Part shown: positions 21,801 to 35,269 of the stretch, piece by piece
Position numbering within the stretch: the stretch's first letter is position 1
Layout of the letters: every line of letters starts with the position of its first letter
Assembly (NCBI GenBank): GCA_004764695.1
Contig: SMSO01000037.1
Span: 1,898,747-1,962,746 of the forward strand
Length of the DNA stretch: 64,000 nt
DNA from: Schizochytrium sp. TIO01
Lineage: Eukaryota > Protista > Bigyra: Labyrinthulomycetes
Reading direction: 5' to 3'
The notes under the pieces: model-generated
Database searches by the model: none
The model's input: the letters and a program-made list of their open reading frames with translations, nothing else
Told to the model about the DNA's origin: nothing
Made by a program: the position numbers and the translations under genes

Positions 21801-24800
21801 CCGAAGCCAACTCCTTGAACCTTCAAATTTTCCATCGCAATGAGCGCACACGGATTAAAAATGTGAAGCTTCTACTAAAGGAACTCATGTCAATTTTACG
21901 TCGTTGGATGGTACGTCGCAGAGAACAATCATTTGCTCAACTTCATGGCTCTCTCTTGTCTCCAATATGGCGCACCTCGCCAGAAAGCACAGAGAATGAT
22001 CCTAGTAGTTTGACTTCACGCACAGTAACTGAAGAACCCAAATCCGCGGTGTCTAATGCAACTATTTCATCGACTACAAGTAATCCCGAACAAGTCAGTG
22101 GTACTAGTGAAGCCAAGGAAACTTCAGGAGAGGGCGCAGTCAGTACTGGTTCAGGTGCCGACCGAGATGAATGCTCGAGCAAACCCGAATCAGCTCTCTC
22201 TTCATCCTCAGTTCAACAAGAACCTAAAAGTTCATCTTCAACTGGAGTGCATAGCACCTCTTCAAGTTCTAGTAAGGCTAGCGCCAGTGACCCGTATGCT
22301 GAGCAAATGGAATGGAAGTATCCGTTCAGAGAATCCTTACCAACTTTGGAAACCCACGAATATAAAACAGATGCAGATCGTGAGGCTGTCTTTTCCGAAT
22401 GGCGAGAATGGATGAGTAATGCCTCTAATCTCTACCGAACTAACGTAGAGTTTGGTAGTTACCGTGCAACTGCGATGAGGTCGTTGGCACGCAAGTTCGG
22501 AGAGACTGTCGACGGTTTGGAGGTTGGTCGTGGTTTTCAAAAGAAGAATGCTAAGTTGAGTACTCTCCAAGAAGCTCTCGTGACAGTCAAGGATTGTTTA
22601 ATTATTATTTCTGGAACGATCTCGTCTGATGCGGAGATGCTCGAGAAAATTGTAGTTCGTATGTCAGAGCGCACTCGCAAGCGACTGACCGATATTTCCA
22701 CAAAGCTGGGTCATGGTCATGATGATATGGCAGAACGTGTACGAACTGCGACTCAGAATGCTCAAAAGGCTGACCAACAACTTGCAGCTAAGGCTGCTGA
22801 TAAAGACAAAATTCTACAGGATCTGGCTCGAACTGCGCAAGAGGCACGTGAACTGCAAGAACATGTAGTTGGATTACAATCGCCTGATAGTTCATTACTC
22901 GCCTCTCCTAGTACCGGTTTCTCATCTATTGGGACAGCTCCTGGTATCGGGGCTTCGGCAAGCGGAAACAGTATGAGTGCACTTGATCTTAATGGTACCA
23001 ATAATACAAACTTGGAGCGTACTGTGTCGGAGGATCATAGCATGACACAACAACGTGCAAAGCTGCGGAGCGCAGTAAAGCGTGTTCTGAAAAACACTGA
23101 TGGAGATCGTGTTGCTCATGCACTTAAGAAACAAGAGCGTCTTGCTAAGAAGCTCCAAGATGTGGCAGAGGAAGAAACCAACCTTTCTCTCGATCGAAAC
23201 AAGAAGCACTCCGCGCTCGGAGATGTAACTGAGGAATATCGCCGTTGGATGGATGATGCCTTTGCAAAGTTTCGATCTATTGAGATAGAACGGGTTTCCG
23301 TTACTGTGCGCCACCTAAACGCTTTCGTTGAAGGTCTTCGAGCATCAATTGAAGGCACACGCTCGACTATTATAGACCATGCTGTTGCAGTTCAACAAGT
23401 TGATCCTCAAGAGGATTTGCGGAAGCACAAGGAATTGGATGAACGCACCAAACGCTATCTGGACGATGCACTCGACCACTTTTCACGACACCCTTCTATG
23501 GCAGGAATGATTCCTAGTACCGCTGATAATCAGCAGCAGCTCATGAGTCCCCAGACAGATGGAGTAAGGACGCCTGGGTCAAACATTATTGGCGTTAACG
23601 TGCCATCAACCGCGGGGTCATCGGAAGATCGGCCATCAACTTCTCCTGGGAAAACTGTGGGTGAGGATGCCCTCGTGCGGCGTACTGCGCGCTTCGACTC
23701 TGTGGATTCGGTAACCTTGGAAGGACGTCTTTTTGCGGTGTATATGCGTACAAGCTTGGGCCCGCTCATGCTACGATTCAATGAAATTAAAATTCGTCTG
23801 AAGTCTATGCAGAAGCATACCGAGGGTTTGTCGAAAAGTCAAAAGAAAGCTACGCATGATCTTGATAAGCTATGTGCACAGCTTGGCGTTGTTCCTCTAA
23901 ACATGCTAGAGCGGCGACGCGAGGTCGACCCATTTGATGATTTATTTCTGCGCACATTTTTGAGCATGTGCAACGAGATGGATGAGTTGACTACTTTAGA
24001 GTCATCTATCAGCAAACTGTCCATGGATGCGCGCACCTCAAAGAGAACCTTGCACAATGATCTTCTCGAGTATGCAAAAAGCAAAGATCGTGCTGTTAGT
24101 ACTCTTCAAAATGCTCGTGATCGATACTCTTCCACACTGCATCAGTGGAACCAACTCGAGCATGATACAACCTCTTTTGAGGACGAGTTGCGTAACTCTT
24201 CTTTTAGAAGCCGTCTTGAAAAGGAACGCAAACAAGCGAAGCTTTTCGAGTTGCGCAATCGACGCGAAAAGGCTAAAAAGGACTTTGAGGAAGCAAAGAC
24301 GCGATTTGAGGGCTCACGTCAGGTTTACGAGACTTGTTTCTCCCAGTTGCTAGTATCAATGCAGAGCGGCTATATTGACTCTCTTTCATCCTGCCTGCAA
24401 TACCTACAAACGTTTGTAGAATCTGTGCAAAATGTCGCGTTAAAGTATGCTCAGGCGTCACCATTCATGCAACGAAAGTCACGTGCGCTTGAGACTACCT
24501 ATGAACCAATCGTGTTTGAAGGCGATAATGATGCTGTTTTAGACCTCGCCGCGATGGACACGAATGGATTTTTCGATTCCACCACAAGGTTTTCTCGCGA
24601 AGCTGAGAGTGCAAGCCAAGGCTATGCAAGTAGCTCAACAGGAGGAGAAGAGGGTCGCATCTCAGGTAGCGAAGGCCCAATTCGAAGCTTGTCTGCTTCT
24701 ATGTATTCTGCAAGTCGCACAGATCGTGCAGTTCGGGAATCAATTCGCTCTCTTGGAGGTGCCACCATGATGGCATCAAGCCTCAAGCAATCATTAAGCG

Positions 24801-26554
24801 CAACCAGTGCCGCTGTCCAATTGGCGAAAATGTTCACGTCTCCAAGACACTCTTTCCTAACACGTCCTGTTGCAGCGGATACGCCAGAGCAGCGCGAGCG
24901 CCCAGTATGTTGCGACGAGGTTGAGACTGTAATTCTCCACTCAAAGCTCATTTGCGAAGCCTTATTGGAGGTTATCCCAGAACGCTTAACTGTGAGTAAG
25001 ACTGTATTAAACAGTGCCTTAGATGAAGTCAAGCTACACCCAATGCTTAGTTTGAGTAAACGTGAGCAGATCAAAAAGCAGAAGCAGCTTGCAACGGCCG
25101 GTCAAGCTTCTGCGTTTATGGCGGACGGAACAGCTGACGCTTCTAATCCAGAGGCATTTGTAGACGTGGACGGCCTTGGTGCAGTTTCGACTCCCGGTTC
25201 TGGCACTCCCAATCCCGGTGGCTCAGCTCGGTCTTCCCGTTCAAGTGACACTGCTGTCAAGCGTTCAAGCTCTACCAAGTCTTCTGCATCTTCAAACCCA
25301 ATGAACTTGGATAGCTTTCTGCACCCGCGGCGGTCGGTGGCGAAGATTGGTCACCGTCTTCGACAATTCGTTCCATTGTCTTCGTCTTCTTCGTTGTCAC
25401 ATAGCAGTCTGTCGTCAATGTCAAAGCCGCTCGAAGAATCCGTATCTGATGGTGTCGTTAAGCAGGAAATGGAGCACTGGGCAACTGCAAGTGAACTTGA
25501 TACTAAGACACTCGGGGTTGGTGAGCCGTCGTCAGCCTTAACACATGTCCTCGGCCAGAACGTGCAGTTATCCGTCCAGGGTTCTAGCCCTGTTGTTGGC
25601 AAAGATACCTATGAAAATGCTGAATTTGTATCTCATGAGGTCAACACTTTGTTTGTTGCCATCGCCAAAGTACACAAATCTTGGGAAGCGCAAGTTGTTT
25701 CTGCACTTGAATGTGTTGAATCTTCAGATATGACCATGATCAATTCATTACGAAAAATGGCAGATACTTGCCAGGGCTATCTTAGGGAAATTTACGAAAT
25801 CCGCACAAACCTCAGACGAAAGGGAAATACTGTGCGTGCAGCTGTAGCACGCGCAAATGAAAAGGTTGAGGAAGCTCGCCACGCCCTTGACGAATGTGAA
25901 CAAAAAGAGTATCATCGCAATTTATTGACCCAAGAGGCAGGAAAAGATCGCAAGCAGCGCAAGATCAGTGCAGCAAAGCGTAAATTAGAAGCTGAAGAGG
26001 CAAATAAATTGGCTGCGGATGACAAACTTGCGGACTTTCAACGCTTCTATCGAAACGAAGCAGCTCGCGTGATGCATATTTATGATCGCCTCGAACGCCA
26101 TCAATTCTCGTTTTTAATTTCTCTCAACGACAACCTTAAGTTTTGGCACCGGCGTCTCGCTGAGAAGCTTGAGGCTCTTGCTGCACTCTCGCAGCAAGCT
26201 CTCTCCACAGTTGACTTGCAGGCTGATCTACAGAGCTTTGTGGACGCGAATAAAATCCAATACCCGTCAGGGCAACCTTTGCCTTTACATGATCTTTCAA
26301 CACTTGCTGCAACAATGTCGAGTGATATGGATCGGGATATGGATTTGCAACCTCCTTTGGGTGATCGCGCCGGCGCAAGTACAACCTTGAAAAGCGTCAA
26401 TGATGCTAAAGAACAAGAATTTCAAAATACAACTGAAAACGCGGAGCCTAAAACTTCAGGGGTTTTACCATCTTTAATCAAATCTCCTGTCTCTTCAGCA
26501 AGTCGTCAAGGGTTAAAATCGAAGCCTGAAGAAGAAAAGAAAACATCGCCGTAA
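15825..26554 (+). CDS. Giant DENN-domain (Rab GEF) protein with RGS-like insertion and four F-BAR-like coiled-coil regions; two +1 frame breaks at ~16776 and ~17761; ~3575 aa if joined
   Basis: Three overlapping ORFs in successive +1 frames (15771-16781, 16732-17766, 17594-26554). uDENN in ORF2 (IKDRYPSYDYTDLPLNPQLCQFCHPIG..YSFLMTD..HATCLSFYD). cDENN (YEPKCITFVSPFPFY..LLWPLKWQGNVVPVLP..SPVPIIIGIH..VFVDLD) and dDENN (VRKIFLEFFVSLIGDYR..FISTQMMQSF) in ORF3. Probable first ATG at 15825, after an acceptor-like tctctcAG at 15808. Confidence 0.8.
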
Positions 26555-27740
26555 AGACGAAGCTTTGTTTCTTTCCAACAAGAACAAGAAGAACAAGAAG
26601 AAGAAGAAGAAGAAGAAGACCTTGACAAGAAAATTAATATCAATCCTGAAAAACATCCCATCAACAGGAACCATGTATACTGTTGTTTGAAGTGCACATA
26701 ATACGCATAATGTACCACAATCAAGCTATTTGCGCCACGTACAGTAGGGAATTCATATCCATTACTTCTATCGCTTTTATATACTTTCAACTCTGATAAA
26801 TTTATGAAAATTTTAAAGTGGGCTTTTCGAAATTTTGCTCTGCAGAAATGATTGCAAAGAGAAACGAATCCGAGCTTTGATGGTTGTACTCAAAATTCTT
26901 TACCTACAAGTACATATTGAACTTTTTAAAAAAAGAAAAGAATAATAATAACACTAAAAGTCTCACAAATCGTTTCGATTTGGCCAGACAATTTTTGAAC
27001 CAAAGCTTCTTGCTTGAAATGCATGTTCAAGGCGAAACACCATTGAGAATTATCAGCAAACGAAATACTTTAATTGGTCTTGGACTCACCTGCCCCTTAC
27101 GAGTTATCCCGCAATTACTATTATTTATTATTTAATGTAATCTTTTTAATTAAAACAATAGATACAAACCAAAACCAAAACTGCCCCAGCTATGACCTTC
27201 CACCGAGCACACAACTCATGCCAAGCGATGTTTCTAAAACTTGACGCTTAATACTACCAACAGACTGCCTGAGTGACAACTATAGTGAAAGAACGAATAC
27301 GTAAATGACTTCTCGCCCCATACTTAAAGTAGTGGTCCTTTGTAATTGACTTTTATTACATCCTGAGAGGTGGACCATTTTCGTCTCTTCAAACTGTGCG
27401 CTGTGTCCTTGTTGTTCGCACCTCCCTCCCTTATCGCCACAATGGAATACACCTGTTCCTTTATTCGTTTGTCATCATGTAAAACCGCCGATGGAAAAAC
27501 CAGTAAGGTGGCCCCGTAGCCCATATATAGAATTAACAATAGCAGTAGAGCGCCGCGATTCCACAACACATAGCGCTAAAGATAAAGGAGGCATTAGTAC
27601 TTAGGAACGATAAATCGTCGAGACAAAAACTAGCGATTACGAGCGGAACAAAGGTAACAAACCCGAGTGGACCTCAACTTAAGCCAGCGGCAACGCAGTG
27701 CGCAAAGAGCTTCGTGTCTGTATAGCGATTTTCGGGGTCT

Positions 27741-29776
27741 ATGCAGAGTCAACCTCGTAGGCCGCCCCTTGGGCGTGTCTCCAACTCACGGCTCAATGCC
27801 GCCCGCGGCAGCCTCGGCGGTGGCATGGGCTCTGGCTTGTCCGGTGTTGGAGTTGCCAAGAAGACTCGCATGTCCTTGGGACCCGGCACTCTTCCGCGCC
27901 ACTCACTTGGTGGTGGCATGGGTACAGCCGCTAAGAAAGCCAAGTCGCACAAGCGGATGTCAATGATGCCCTCTATGGGCTCTTCTCTGTCCATGCAGTC
28001 GAATGCGCAGTCCCAGACGTCTTCCTCGAACTCAAGGCGACAGTCATCCGTCTCCGTGGCCTCCCGACGCAAGAGTATCGCCGTCATGGGCGGCGGTGGT
28101 AGCTCTGCCCTCAAAAGCGACCCTCGTCCTCTCACAGACAAGGCCTTTCGAGCCCAATGTATCGAAACAGTGATCAGATTTCTCTCGGAGCATAACTACG
28201 ACCAAGCCATTTCTCCCAAGATTCTGCACCGGCCCACCGGAAAGGACTTTGAGCACATCGTACTTTTCCTCTTCAGACAGGTCGACTCCAACCGCAAGTT
28301 CGCAGGCAAGTTCGCAGACGAAGTCACTACAATGATGAAAGGCTTGAGGTATCCGTTCAATATCAGCAAGACCTCCCTTGCAGCTGTCGGAAGCCCGCAC
28401 ACGTGGCCCTCACTTCTGGCTTCTCTGTTGTGGCTCGTGGAGCTTGTAGAATACGATGAGCTTGCAGGTCTCCAGGACGACGAAGATGGTGACGATGAGG
28501 GCGAAATCGACCGCATCTTTTTCACTTACATCCGCAAAGCATACTGGTGCTTCCTCAATGGCGATGATAACCGCTATGAAGAACTTGACACAGAACTCGG
28601 GAACAAGTTCCGAGAGCGTGATGTCGCAATTGAAGAAGAAATCGAAGATTTGGAGCGCAAGCAGGCTGAGCTCAAAGACGAGTTGGAGACGGAGACACAG
28701 AAACAGAGCCTCATTCCAGAGCTGGAACAACGCAAGAGGGACTTCACGAGTGATAAACTCAAATGGGATAAACTCATCAGACAATTCTTAGAAAATAAGG
28801 AGATCATGGTTGCGAAGGTACGGGAAAGAGAAGCGGAGGTCCGAGCGAAGGAAGCGGAGCTAGCGCAGGCTGAACAGGCCAAGGCGAAGGTGCAGATCAT
28901 TCTTGACGAGCAGGAACTTAATCCAGCGGATGCAGAGCGCATGACGCAGGAAAAAGGTCTCTGGAGGCATCTTGCAATACGGTGCTCGAACAGCGTGATG
29001 AGATCCAAAAGGAAACCTGGGAAACTGAGCTTTCCATCACCAAACGCACAAAGCACATTGAAAGTCTCCTGGAGGAGTACAACGCCATTGCGAAGTCCCT
29101 CAAATTGACACAGACAATGGAAGCAGGCCAGCAACGTCAGGGAGCAAACATCCAACTCCGCCTCGATACTCGTCGCAACGTTCTCATGTCTTTGACGGAA
29201 AACGGTGACCAAGGAGATCGTGTTGATGTCGATGAAATGACATCTGCGCTCCAGAACCTTCGTGAAGACTCGATCAAACGTACTCACCAAATCCGCACGA
29301 GTAACATGGAGCTGCAGGCGAAGGTTGAGGAGAACGATGAGGCTCAGGAAGCAATTCGCAGCGAGATACGTGAGTTCGAGCATCATCTTCGTCAGGCCGA
29401 GGCAAACCTACAACAAGATAAGGCAAGTATGGAGGAGGAACTCAACCAACGCGCCTCAGAAACCGAGGCCGTGGAGGAGGATATCCACCGTTTACAACTT
29501 GAAGCTGAAGAAATTGAACTCCCATTGCGTGATGCCGAAGCAACTGTTGAAGAACTTCGAGCACGTGTTAAGAGCGAAGCAGACAGACACTCGAAGGACA
29601 TTGGTGCTCTCGGAGACGATCTGAATTCCGCAATTGATGCCTTTTTGTCATACAAGGAGAACATTGCTGCAATTATTGCAGACTTGAACTCGTCGCTTCA
29701 AAACCAATTAAATGATGCAAATGCCTTTTGCGAGTCCTACAAGGCCTCAATCAAGCCTCTATGTAACTCTGCATAA
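27741..29776 (+). CDS. NDC80: Kinetochore protein NDC80/HEC1 (~678 aa); one-base frameshift in A5 run at 28951-28955
   Basis: DPRPLTDKAF..PTGKDFEHIVLFLF..LRYPFNISKTSLAAVGSPHTWPSLLASLLWLVEL is the HEC1 CH domain, preceded by a basic Ser-rich N-tail. Adding one A joins it to ORF 28982-29776 as ..ERMTQEKRSLEASCNTVLEQRDEIQKETWE.., a continuous coiled coil. Confidence 0.9.
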
Positions 29777-31072
29777 GATGCATGCATACATGCATGCGTA
29801 CCTGCCTGCCTGGCTGCTTTCTTACAGCGTGTCAAGGTCACCCTGTAATCGCTATTGATATGGTTGAGTCCGTGGTTTTTATTTTTTTGTAATGACTTGG
29901 CGATGCCATTATTAATTTTCCTGAAGGCAGCATCAGGCACTACTGTCCTGAACATCTACCCTGTCTCTTGTCTTGTGTGTACATCATGCCCCCTTTGGTA
30001 ACTTTCTAGTAGAACAGGGATTGTCTCTTCGTGTAGCTTCTTTTGTCTTTCACCTTTTTAAAATATGGTACGGTCGTTCAAAATAAAACTTCCTCCGCAA
30101 AAGCCTGATCTCGAAATACAAATACTTTGCCACAATATCTTCCCCTGCGCTGCTAGTAGGTGAACGAAGAAAATCATCGAAATGGATTCAACAATCAATC
30201 CAAATGCATTGTCTTGACTCCTTTGCGAGTGGAGACCTTGTCTCTAGTCATAGCCTTTCCTTTAATGTTTCTGTAAAATGGAGTCAATTATTCATCTCAA
30301 ATCGTTCCTAGTTTTCTGCTCGTGTGAAGAAGAGACCATCATTTACCAAAGAATCTCAAAATTAGTCCAAACAAGCTAAACTCAATTGCTTTACATTCGA
30401 TTGCTCAAGAAGGTTATATGGAACTGCGTTGCGTCAAAGCACTCGTCTTAAACCATCGTAGAGGAATAAACAACAACTAAGCTAAGTTTTCATCACAAGT
30501 CAGCATGGACTTGAGAATAGAAATAAAATGTGGAGACTTTGCAATTAATACTCCTTAACTTCACTCATCAACTAATCTCTGTGAATAAAAACCAACTCCT
30601 ATTTATGACATGCTTACATAGTGACCGGCTAAAAGTAGTTAGTTACCTATAAATCGTGAGCAATAGAGCCTCTCTTCCCGAGTCAAGTCAAATAATGCAT
30701 AACAATGACAACAATGACAACAAGTTTGGAACAAAGTGAAAACAACATTTGCTATTTCTAAATCAGCAAAACTGAACCGAAGAAGCACTATTACAGCCAT
30801 TTGTATGGCAAAAGATGTGCGCACCTCAACTCAAGGGCCTTCAATAAGGATGATATCAGGCAGCGAAACTTTATGCTTTTAGTATCTAAATAGTGATTTG
30901 GACGGCCCACCCATCTTTTTGAGTAAGCTGCGCAGAAGAAAGAGAATCAAGACTCCCTCTTGACGACGCCAAGAGCAAATTGTAAGCAAGAATAAGAAAA
31001 GGAGGGGAAACAGAAAGAGTCAAGCAGAAGCAATATTGGTGTAAAGTCGGCCTTACAAAATATCCCTTCGAT

Positions 31073-32110
31073 TTAGAGAGGAATGAAGCGCGAGGAGTTG
31101 TTCGCACCGATACCGGGGCGACCGTGTGAAATGGGCTTGTAGGTAATAGAGAACTCACCCAAGTAGTGGCCAATCATCTCCGGCTTGATCTCGACGGTGG
31201 TGAAGGTCTTGCCGTTGTACACGCCAACCATGCTGCCAATCATCTCGGGGACGATGATCATGTTGCGAAGGTGGGTCTTGACGAGCTCGGGCTTCTCCAT
31301 GGGGCCAGTCTCCTTCTTTGCCTTGCGCAACTTCTTAATGAGGGCCATAGGCTTGCGCTTGAGGCCGCGGTTGAACCGCCGGCGAGCGCGGGACTTGACC
31401 ATCTTCATGAGCTCCTCATGGGTGAGGTCGAGAAGCTTGTCAAGGTCGATGCCACGGTAAGAAAACTTCTTAAACGTGCGCTTCTTCTTGAGCTCGGCCT
31501 GCTCCTCGAGCGAGAGTTCTACGGGCTCCTCTGCCTATACCATCGACAATATCCAGCGTCATTGTTATCAAAACAGACACAACATTAAAACAAAAGTCAG
31601 TCATCTATCAATTACCACTACCACAACCCAATTGGACCTTCACAACTCAAAGTTTCCTGCAACAAGGAAGCGGCCAGTCACGATCACCAAGAGCTGATCA
31701 AGCAACTCAACGTTTCTTGCAAAACATTGATTCTTAATCTCAAGCGCAGCTCCACATCTATCAAGCTTCTTCAAATGATAGGCAATTAAGCTCCCCACTA
31801 AAGTTCGCCATATCCTCAGATGATCCCTGCAACACTTGGACTCTGAGTTCACTTCGAACGCTGATGATTCTCCTTAGCTGACGCTTGCGCACTCCTGATT
31901 CTCTAACCCGCCAATCTCCTTGCTGCTTCTTATCTCTTGCCCTGCAAAGAGGCCAGCTACTCCAAGGCTACACCATGGTCATGACTCCATCGCCATCATG
32001 CCTCCTGGCATCCGCCTCAGGTGCGCAGGGTACCTCTACAGAAGCGCGAGAGCAACGCCAACCGCTTGCTTATGTCCTCCTGCCTGTCGTCCATCAAGCG
32101 CACGTACCAT
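31073..32110 (-). CDS. RPS15: 40S ribosomal protein S15 (uS19), 154 aa; exon 1 = ATG only (32108-32110), intron 31535-32107, exon 2 31073-31534
   Basis: [59 protein letters not shown]. caagATG|GTACGT donor and gtatAG|GCA acceptor are in frame. Confidence 0.95.
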
Positions 32111-33110
32111 CTTGCCTAGTTCTTCAGACAACTCCGCCGCTGCAAGAGAAGAGAGATCGCAAGTATTCTGCTGCCGCTCCATCGGCGACCAGTCTCCCTT
32201 TCTGGCCTATTTATCGCCACCCGTTCTTTGCCATTCGCTTTGGGCCTCTTTACAATACCGTACCCTAACCCGCACGGTATCGCACCCCCGCCCCCTCTTT
32301 TCACTGGCGCACAGACCCATCTTCCAATAGCATGGAACTTTTGGATCGGTAACGCGGGGAATGAACCTTGTGGTGCCGTTCTTTTGGGATGCTTGAGAAA
32401 AGGAGAACGCACACTGGTGATTGGAACGTATGGGGGAATGCAGGGAATAAAGAAAGGGGCGTAACGGCTAGAGGGCAGGGCTAGAAGGTGGATAGGGTGT
32501 GGCGTAGGAGTAGGGGCCTTAGTTGTGGGTGCGGAAACAGAATGATGGATTAGGAGAAACTTCGTTTTGGTGATGGAGTAGAAGAATAAATGGGATATTT
32601 GTAAATGGTGTGAGATGGTATTAAGAAGGGTTTGAAAAGGTTGAGATTGAGGAGGTGTAAGAATATTGTTGATAGTGGAGAGGAAGGATTAAATGGTCAG
32701 CTGCGGCGAGGCATCGCGGTGGATGAGCTGGCGGCAGAAAGCAAGATATCTTCTTTAAGGTGTTACTTTGGGGCAGGCTTGCTTGCATATGTGCACTGCT
32801 TGATTATAGTATTGACTTTTTTTCTTGAATTATACTATCTGCTGCTCGCCTAAACCAGGGGAACTATATTTGGGGAAAGGCCTTAACGAATTCTTTAAAG
32901 TTGGGAAGTTGACCTTGAATGACAATATGACTATCTTGAACGAACGAGGTCTACATTTGCTACTGTAATATAAAAAAATAGACGCATCAAGGTCTAGGTT
33001 TGTTGTCCCGAGTCATCCTTTACAATTAGCTTTGAAATGCACAATTCTGCTTGAGTAGTAACAATCAGTACCTAACAGGAACTGGGTACTCAATAAAATC
33101 GAGAAGGAGT

Positions 33111-34217
33111 TTACGCAGTTGTGATGGAATTAGAGATAAAGCGCGGCGGGGATTGCTGTAGGTGTTGCTTTACGAGAGCGGCGACCTCTTCGGTCAACGG
33201 ATGCAGACCTTGAGACGCCAGATGAGTCCAGAAAGAATCTGTAGGAGGAAGGGAGACTCGGTGAGGAAAGGTTGAAATTCGGGAGGCTCGACCACGGGTA
33301 ACATTCATGTAAACTTCTTGAGCATTGTGTTGAGACTCTGCTTTGACAGCGCCAGTTCCAGTTCCATGGCGATTGCTTACAACACGTCTCACAGCAGGGG
33401 GTTTGGGGTGAAGAACTGGACCGCTGATTGTATGACTGCGTGGTCTTGAGCTAATTACTTGTGGAGTAGCGACCTTGAGCGGAGACGGTGCTCGAAGAGG
33501 AGAGAGGGTTCTACGAGGGACACTTTCGCTTCTTGGTATTTTAGGATAAGCTTGCAAATCACTACCATTCTGAGTCTGTGGTTGCTCATATTGCTGATGC
33601 GATGATTTATGTGATTGTTGTTGCGTTTGCTGCTGCTGCTGCTGCTGTTGAGCTTTCATCTCTCTCACAAGAAGCTCTGCAATGAGCGAAGCAAGTGCGC
33701 GATTTTCCTTGTCAGTCAAACAGGAGGTGAGATGCCAAGGGTCACAGGAAGATTCCGTTGATCGTACACTGGACCCACATAAAGCTGCGAGACGACTTAG
33801 TCCGGTACCGAGGTGGTCGGCAAACTCAGTCTCCTCTACAGTCTCGCGGGCCCAAGCCCCAACATGCATATCCACAAGGCGTCTTAGATCTTTACAGCGC
33901 ATCGTAGTTGACACGAGCTCTTGATTGTGAATCTCTAATCCGTGAGATGTCGAATGGTCTTCTTCGGTGTAAATACCACCCTCTTCTTCTTCGCGTGGAA
34001 TTTCCCGCTCTACTCGAGCAGCAGGAAGATCACGAAGACTACCTTGATTAGGGCCTACACATTTTGCTGGTTTGTTCATACTAAAGTGGGTGGCAGAATC
34101 AAATCGCTGCAATGGACTAGACGAAGACCTTTGAATCATTCGCAAGTGCGAGGAAGATGACGATGTAGAGGAAGAGGAAGAAGAAGAGGAATGTGCTCGA
34201 GGTCTTGAAATTTCCAT
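33111..34217 (-). CDS. Hypothetical low-complexity protein (poly-Ser, poly-Gln, Pro/Arg-rich)
   Basis: Uninterrupted ~368-aa ORF from the first ATG at 34217; no recognisable domain. Confidence 0.55.
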   Translation of the reverse strand: MEISRPRAHSSSSSSSSTSSSSSHLRMIQRSSSSPLQRFDSATHFSMNKPAKCVGPNQGSLRDLPAARVEREIPREEEEGGIYTEEDHSTSHGLEIHNQELVSTTMRCKDLRRLVDMHVGAWARETVEETEFADHLGTGLSRLAALCGSSVRSTESSCDPWHLTSCLTDKENRALASLIAELLVREMKAQQQQQQQQTQQQSHKSSHQQYEQPQTQNGSDLQAYPKIPRSESVPRRTLSPLRAPSPLKVATPQVISSRPRSHTISGPVLHPKPPAVRRVVSNRHGTGTGAVKAESQHNAQEVYMNVTRGRASRISTFPHRVSLPPTDSFWTHLASQGLHPLTEEVAALVKQHLQQSPPRFISNSITTA

Positions 34218-35269
34218 CTCGTGATATCCTTGTTGCAGTATGCACGCCTCGCCTTTGATTGTAGAACTGGATACTATAAGGATTGTGCTTGCACACGAAC
34301 TTGAAATCTCTTTTGTGTACAACTAAGGCGGACAAATGACAGAATCAGTATTATGAGGCAGGACTCAACAACCAGTTCTGGCAGTTAGGTATTCTCTTTT
34401 ATAGCCTTGTCCACTCTTACACACTTTTCAACTTTAAACTGCTAGACTTATTTGAGCTTTGCTCGGCACAATGTTTATCTTCTGATGTGTTTTCCAATAA
34501 GTCTCTGATTTGGTTGAACTTTTAAGTTTCCTGATAGCTTGTATGAAAAGCTTGAATACTTGTTTTAGTTTAAACTTGTCCGCTTGCTTTGTTCACTAAT
34601 CTCAGCGATCACTGAAAATGTATGCATACACAAGCCTGGTCGGTGGAGGTTACGCGGTCCCAGAGTCTAAATCGTGCACTCCCAATGCTGACCGCTAAGG
34701 ATGGAGAATGAACGATCCCTGTTTTCCCCAATCCAGTGTATTTGCACAGTCCTATTCAGTTACTCAGGCAATAAAATGGAGATCTGAGCGCTGATCGATT
34801 TCTCCCGGGTCTCAGGGTAAGAGAATTTAACGCAAGAGATTTTGCTTCTTCCTAGTTCTTCGTAATAATACCTTGACTGGGTTCTACCTCCTGCCTAGCG
34901 CACTACTATTTCTTATTAGTGCGAGTAGGTCTATTTTGTGCTATATTGTAAAACAATGAGCAAAGTTAGTTTAGGTCCAGCGTCCGAATTCCAGAAAGCT
35001 AGATAAAAACTCGCAGTTGATTCTGGGATGAGAGACTTGCAAGCCAGCAAGATGGCTAAAGTTTGCGTGTATGCTGACAGAGCTTGAAATCTTGATTCGG
35101 GTTTGGAGTTGACTTATGAACAACAACATACAGCCAGGCGGTAAATTGCAAAGAGGATGGACGAGGTTGTCACCAGAATGTAAAATTGGGGACTTTAAGC
35201 TACATCCTTAATTTGTCGCTTGCCGGCAATCGCCCACTTGCTTGCTCGCTTGCAATTGGTCAATCACCG

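Noticed and set aside
28945-28960. Programmed -1 frameshift or pseudogenisation of NDC80
   Set aside because: The break lies in an A5 homopolymer and one added A restores a seamless coiled coil. There is no canonical X-XXY-YYZ slippery site and NDC80 is normally essential. Most likely an assembly error.
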